NCBI GenBank assembly: GCA_050613775.1 | Contig: JBODTK010000104.1 | Span: 248,001-312,000, forward strand | Length of the DNA stretch: 64,000 nucleotides | Origin: Neocallimastix sp. 'constans' | Lineage: Eukaryota | Reading direction: 5' to 3' | Part shown: piece after piece, positions 54,271-64,000 of the stretch | Position numbering within the stretch: the first letter of the stretch is position 1 | Layout: every line of letters begins with the position of its first letter | The notes under the pieces: model-generated | Seen by the model: only the letters and a program-made list of their open reading frames with translations | Told to the model about the DNA's origin: nothing | Databases searched by the model: none | Made by a program: the position numbers and the translations under genes

Positions 54271-54683
54271 AAAATATTAAATTGAACATAAAGCTATAAT
54301 TTTTTTTTTTTATTATTTTAATTTTATGTTATTTTTAAAAAAAATTCATTAATATTTAAAGTAGTATATAAAGATACAAAATAGAACAAAATAATTTAAA
54401 ATAAAAAAAATAGTATAATCAATTATAAAATTTTATTTTAAAAAATTAGTTTCAAAAATAAGATTATAATATTATTAGTAATAGTAATTTGGTTTATTCA
54501 AGTCTGAATTTATTTTGGACGTATCAAAGTAAAATTATATTTAAATAAATTTTAATAATATAATGACATACTAAATAAATAATTATAATAATAAAAAACG
54601 TAATATTAAATTAGACATTAAAAATATTTATATTTTTATTATTTCGAAATGAATATTAAAAAAAATAATTAAGTATAATCAAA

Positions 54684-54820
54684 ATAATGATTATCTTCCT
54701 TTTAGTATTAAGGATGCTTTTTTTTTTTTTTTTTTTTTTTTTTTCTTAATGTAATTAAGGAACAAACTAGAAATACTCCCCAAGTTTATAATGACTTTTT
54801 TTTAGATATTATAAAAAAAG
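54684..54820 (+). pseudogene. Decayed PAH-domain fragment similar to SIN3 PAH1
   Basis: NDYLPFSIKDA-(poly-T)[24 protein letters not shown] versus [38 protein letters not shown] at 42748-42860; shared DNA CAAGTTTATAATGACTTTTT..AGATATTAT. Confidence 0.8.
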
Positions 54821-54824
54821 AAGT

Positions 54825-54975
54825 ACATAGACACACATAATAGATACCTATCTCCCAATAGTGTCCTAACAGTTGTTACTGTAGGTGTGATGATATATGG
54901 CATACCAGTACAACGTCGACGCTCATAACACGTCATTACACGTCTACCGGGAGCTGAATTTCCCTTACATTCCTA
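54825..54975 (-). mobile_element. Short LINE 3'-terminal relic
   Basis: Minus strand RVMSVDVV...TVTTVRTLLGDRY shares GAGCGTCGACGT (SVDV) with the LINE tail at ~7905; a GC-richer island in AT-rich DNA. Confidence 0.5.
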
Positions 54976-55496
54976 TATATTTATAACGAAATATTATTTA
55001 AAAAAAAAATAATACTTATGAAATTTTCATTATATATATATTTAAAAAAAATGATTTATTCTTGAAATCTATAAAAAAGTATTTAAAATAAAAAAATAAA
55101 AATAAATAAAAGAAAAAAAAAATTAAAATTTAAAAATGTAAAAAAAAAAAAAAAAAAAAAAAACTTAATATAATATATAAATTTTATTAATAAAAAAAAA
55201 ATAATAAAATTTATCATCTAGTAGGTAGTACAAATATTTAGAGTAGAAAAAAGTAGTACAAAATCATCTAAAATATTTTAAAATAGTATTTAAAAAAAAA
55301 TTATTTATTGATTGGTTTTAAAGAAATTATATTTTATTTAATAATTATTTAAGGTGTCATCCAGGTAATTAATTATTTATTAAATAAAAAAATTAACGAT
55401 TATTAAAATGATAAATATTTCCAAAAGTATAAATAATAAAATTAAAAAAAAAAAAAAAAAAAGAAATTTCATTGAGAAAAATTTAAAATTATATTC

Positions 55497-55509
55497 CTTT
55501 TAATAATAA

Positions 55510-55541
<32 letters not shown>

Positions 55542-55688
55542 AAAAAAAACAGTTTTTTTATAATATAAAATATGAATAAAAAATATAATATTAAAATAAA
55601 AATAAAAAACAAAAAAAAAAAAAAGAATGAACTATTAATTCATATGTGTCTGCTATAGATAATAATGATATTAAACCTTTTAATAATA

Positions 55689-55720
<32 letters not shown>

Positions 55721-55855
55721 AAAAAAAACAGTTTTTTTATAATATAAAATATGAATAAAAAATATAATATTAAAATAAAAATAAAAAACAAAAAAAAAAA
55801 AAAGAATGAACTATTAATTCATATGTGTCTGCTATAGATAATAATGATATTAAAC
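55497..55855. repeat. Near-perfect tandem duplication of ~179 bp
   Basis: 55497-55676 is repeated at 55677-55855, including GAATGAACTATTAATTCATATGTGTCTGCTATAGATAATAATGATATTAAAC. Confidence 0.92.
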
Positions 55856-55989
55856 AAGTAGAAAAGTTGAATCAATATTAATATTAAAAATAAATATAGT
55901 GATATTGTTTTTGAAATTTATAACAAATTATTATTAACTCCTGAATGTCATAAATTTATGATAAAAAGTTTTAATACATAGTCAATTCT

Positions 55990-56043
<54 letters not shown>

Positions 56044-56380
56044 AAAACATGAAAATAATATTTTACTTGATTCTATCTTTTTGATTATATAAAATACTAT
56101 GATAATGTTTTTTTATTTTAGATTTATTATTATATTATGAAAAAAACAATGGGTGGATATCTATATCAAATTTTAATTAATAAATTTTAAGTGAGAAATA
56201 TAAAATTTTCTATATATTTGATAAATCATAGAGTCGGTATAAATAAAGAAAAAATAAAAAGGTGAAACACTATTGTTTTATGTATTATATAAAAATAATG
56301 AATTTCTAATAAAATATTTAAAATATTTAATTGAACATGGAAGGAATATAAATAAAGAAAATAAGATTTGATCTGAAGAA
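55805..56380 (+). pseudogene. Ankyrin-repeat protein pseudogene
   Basis: YLINHRVGINKEKIK-GETLLFYVLYKNNEFLIKYLKYLIEHGRNINKENK fits the ankyrin consensus (LIEHGADINxxNxxGETPL). Preceded by SAIDNNDIKQVEKL...IVFEIYNKLLLTPE...IKYYDNVF-ILDLLLYY; frameshifted. Confidence 0.7.
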
Positions 56381-57565
56381 TATATTCATTCTGTTAATTT
56401 TATGAATAAAAATTAAAATAAGTTTGTGCTATTTTGTATGCATATATATATATATATTGAATAAAATTAATTGTTATAATGAAAAATGTATTTGGTAATA
56501 AATATTTTGGTGTTTTAACGTTATTTAAATCATTTTATATCAGAACCAAATAAATTTAAATAATTTTATAGAATTATTATAATATAACATAATAAATAAA
56601 AGCTTACTCAAGAAAATAAAATAATTAAATAATTAAATAAAATAAAATTATGTAAAGCATAATATTAAAAAATCAAAATATTCCGTATGATTCACACTCA
56701 CTAAAATAATATTAGAATTGCTTATTTTCAAAAATTCCATAAAATATGTTATATATTATTATATTTTAAAAAATATAGATATATATATATATAATATTAA
56801 ATAACTATACTATCTCAATGCTTATTAATATTATGAAATTATGTTTTTCTTTTATTTTTTTATTTAAATAAGGAAATTATAAAAATATAAAATTTAAAGT
56901 CTTTTTTGGATTGAGTATTTTTAGTATCTACTTCCAAATAGTAAATGCTCATTAGCTGTCTTCGTTACTACAATGGAAAATAGCTCAGTATCAGTACTGT
57001 TACATATATTTCATTAACAAAAAAAAAAAAAAAAAATTCTTGTACTTTAAAATTTTAATAAATATATAACTAATAATTTAACATTACATTACAATGATTA
57101 GATACTATATATATATTTAATTTTCTTTTGATTTTCATTAAATAATACTGTTATTTTAAAAGGTACAGAAAAACCTAGATCTTTTTCATTAATAAACTTT
57201 ATAATTTAAATATTCTTTTCATATCATTAATATAATAATTTGCATTTTATATACATATACATATATACAATAAACGTTTCATTATTTTATGGTTGTTTAT
57301 CAGAAATTTTTTTATCTTTTTTTTAGTATTTTTTGCTTTAAAAATTATTAATTTTTTTTTATAAAAAAAACCATACCGTATAAATTATTCAAAATTTATT
57401 ACCTATTTAATTTAATTTAATTAAATTTTGGCACCATTTGAGCATTAATTATTTAATTAAAATTATATATATATATCAATATATATATTATATTCAAAAA
57501 ATCGAACTATTCTATATATTTTTATTATTTTTCTTCTTTATTAAAACTTTTATAATTAAATAGAA

Positions 57566-63723
<6,158 letters not shown>

Positions 63724-64000
63724 TAATAATAATAATTTTAAAAAAATAATAATATTTATAATAAAAAATGATAATTATTGATACCTAACTACAATTCATA
63801 TAATAATAATAATAATAATAAATTCTATTATTTATGACCTTTTTTTTTTTTTTCATATAAATATATGTATATAAATATATATTTTAAATATTAATCTATG
63901 TCTTAAAACATAAAAAAAAAATTTTTTTATTTAATAAATCAAAATTATTTATTATGCTGATAAAATTCGTTTATATGTTTAGTCTTTTTTTTTTTTTTTT

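Noticed and set aside
54825..54975. Initial reading as a WD40 exon (RVMSVD...TVR)
   Set aside because: The shared GAGCGTCGACGT and position-equivalent text match the LINE C-terminal tail at ~7905 better.

Overview
Extremely AT-rich eukaryotic DNA with long A/T homopolymers, microsatellites and many short GT-AG introns. The composition and gene families suggest an anaerobic gut fungus (Neocallimastigomycota); this is an inference, not a search result. Housekeeping genes: the 3' end of eIF2-alpha (+), eIF4G (-, 6 exons, ~1937 aa), SEC63 (-), CDC26 (-), a divergent SIN3-like co-repressor (+), RLP24 (+) and condensin YCG1/CAP-G (+). There is also an intronless Cys-rich secreted/membrane protein (+). 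Intergenic intervals (1.3-9.4 kb, 26-32 kb, 53.6-56.4 kb) are graveyards of APE-type non-LTR (LINE) retrotransposons and pseudogenes. Main oddities: an ~840-bp insertion with a 14-bp duplication and unknown cargo inside a LINE; a tandem triplication of an RT catalytic segment; an in-frame NNSNS microsatellite in a LINE ORF2; strongly insertion-biased decay of repeat copies; and a decayed PAH-domain plus ankyrin-repeat relic near the SIN3 gene. No tRNA, rRNA or CRISPR array was recognised. All assignments come from manual translation and motif recognition.
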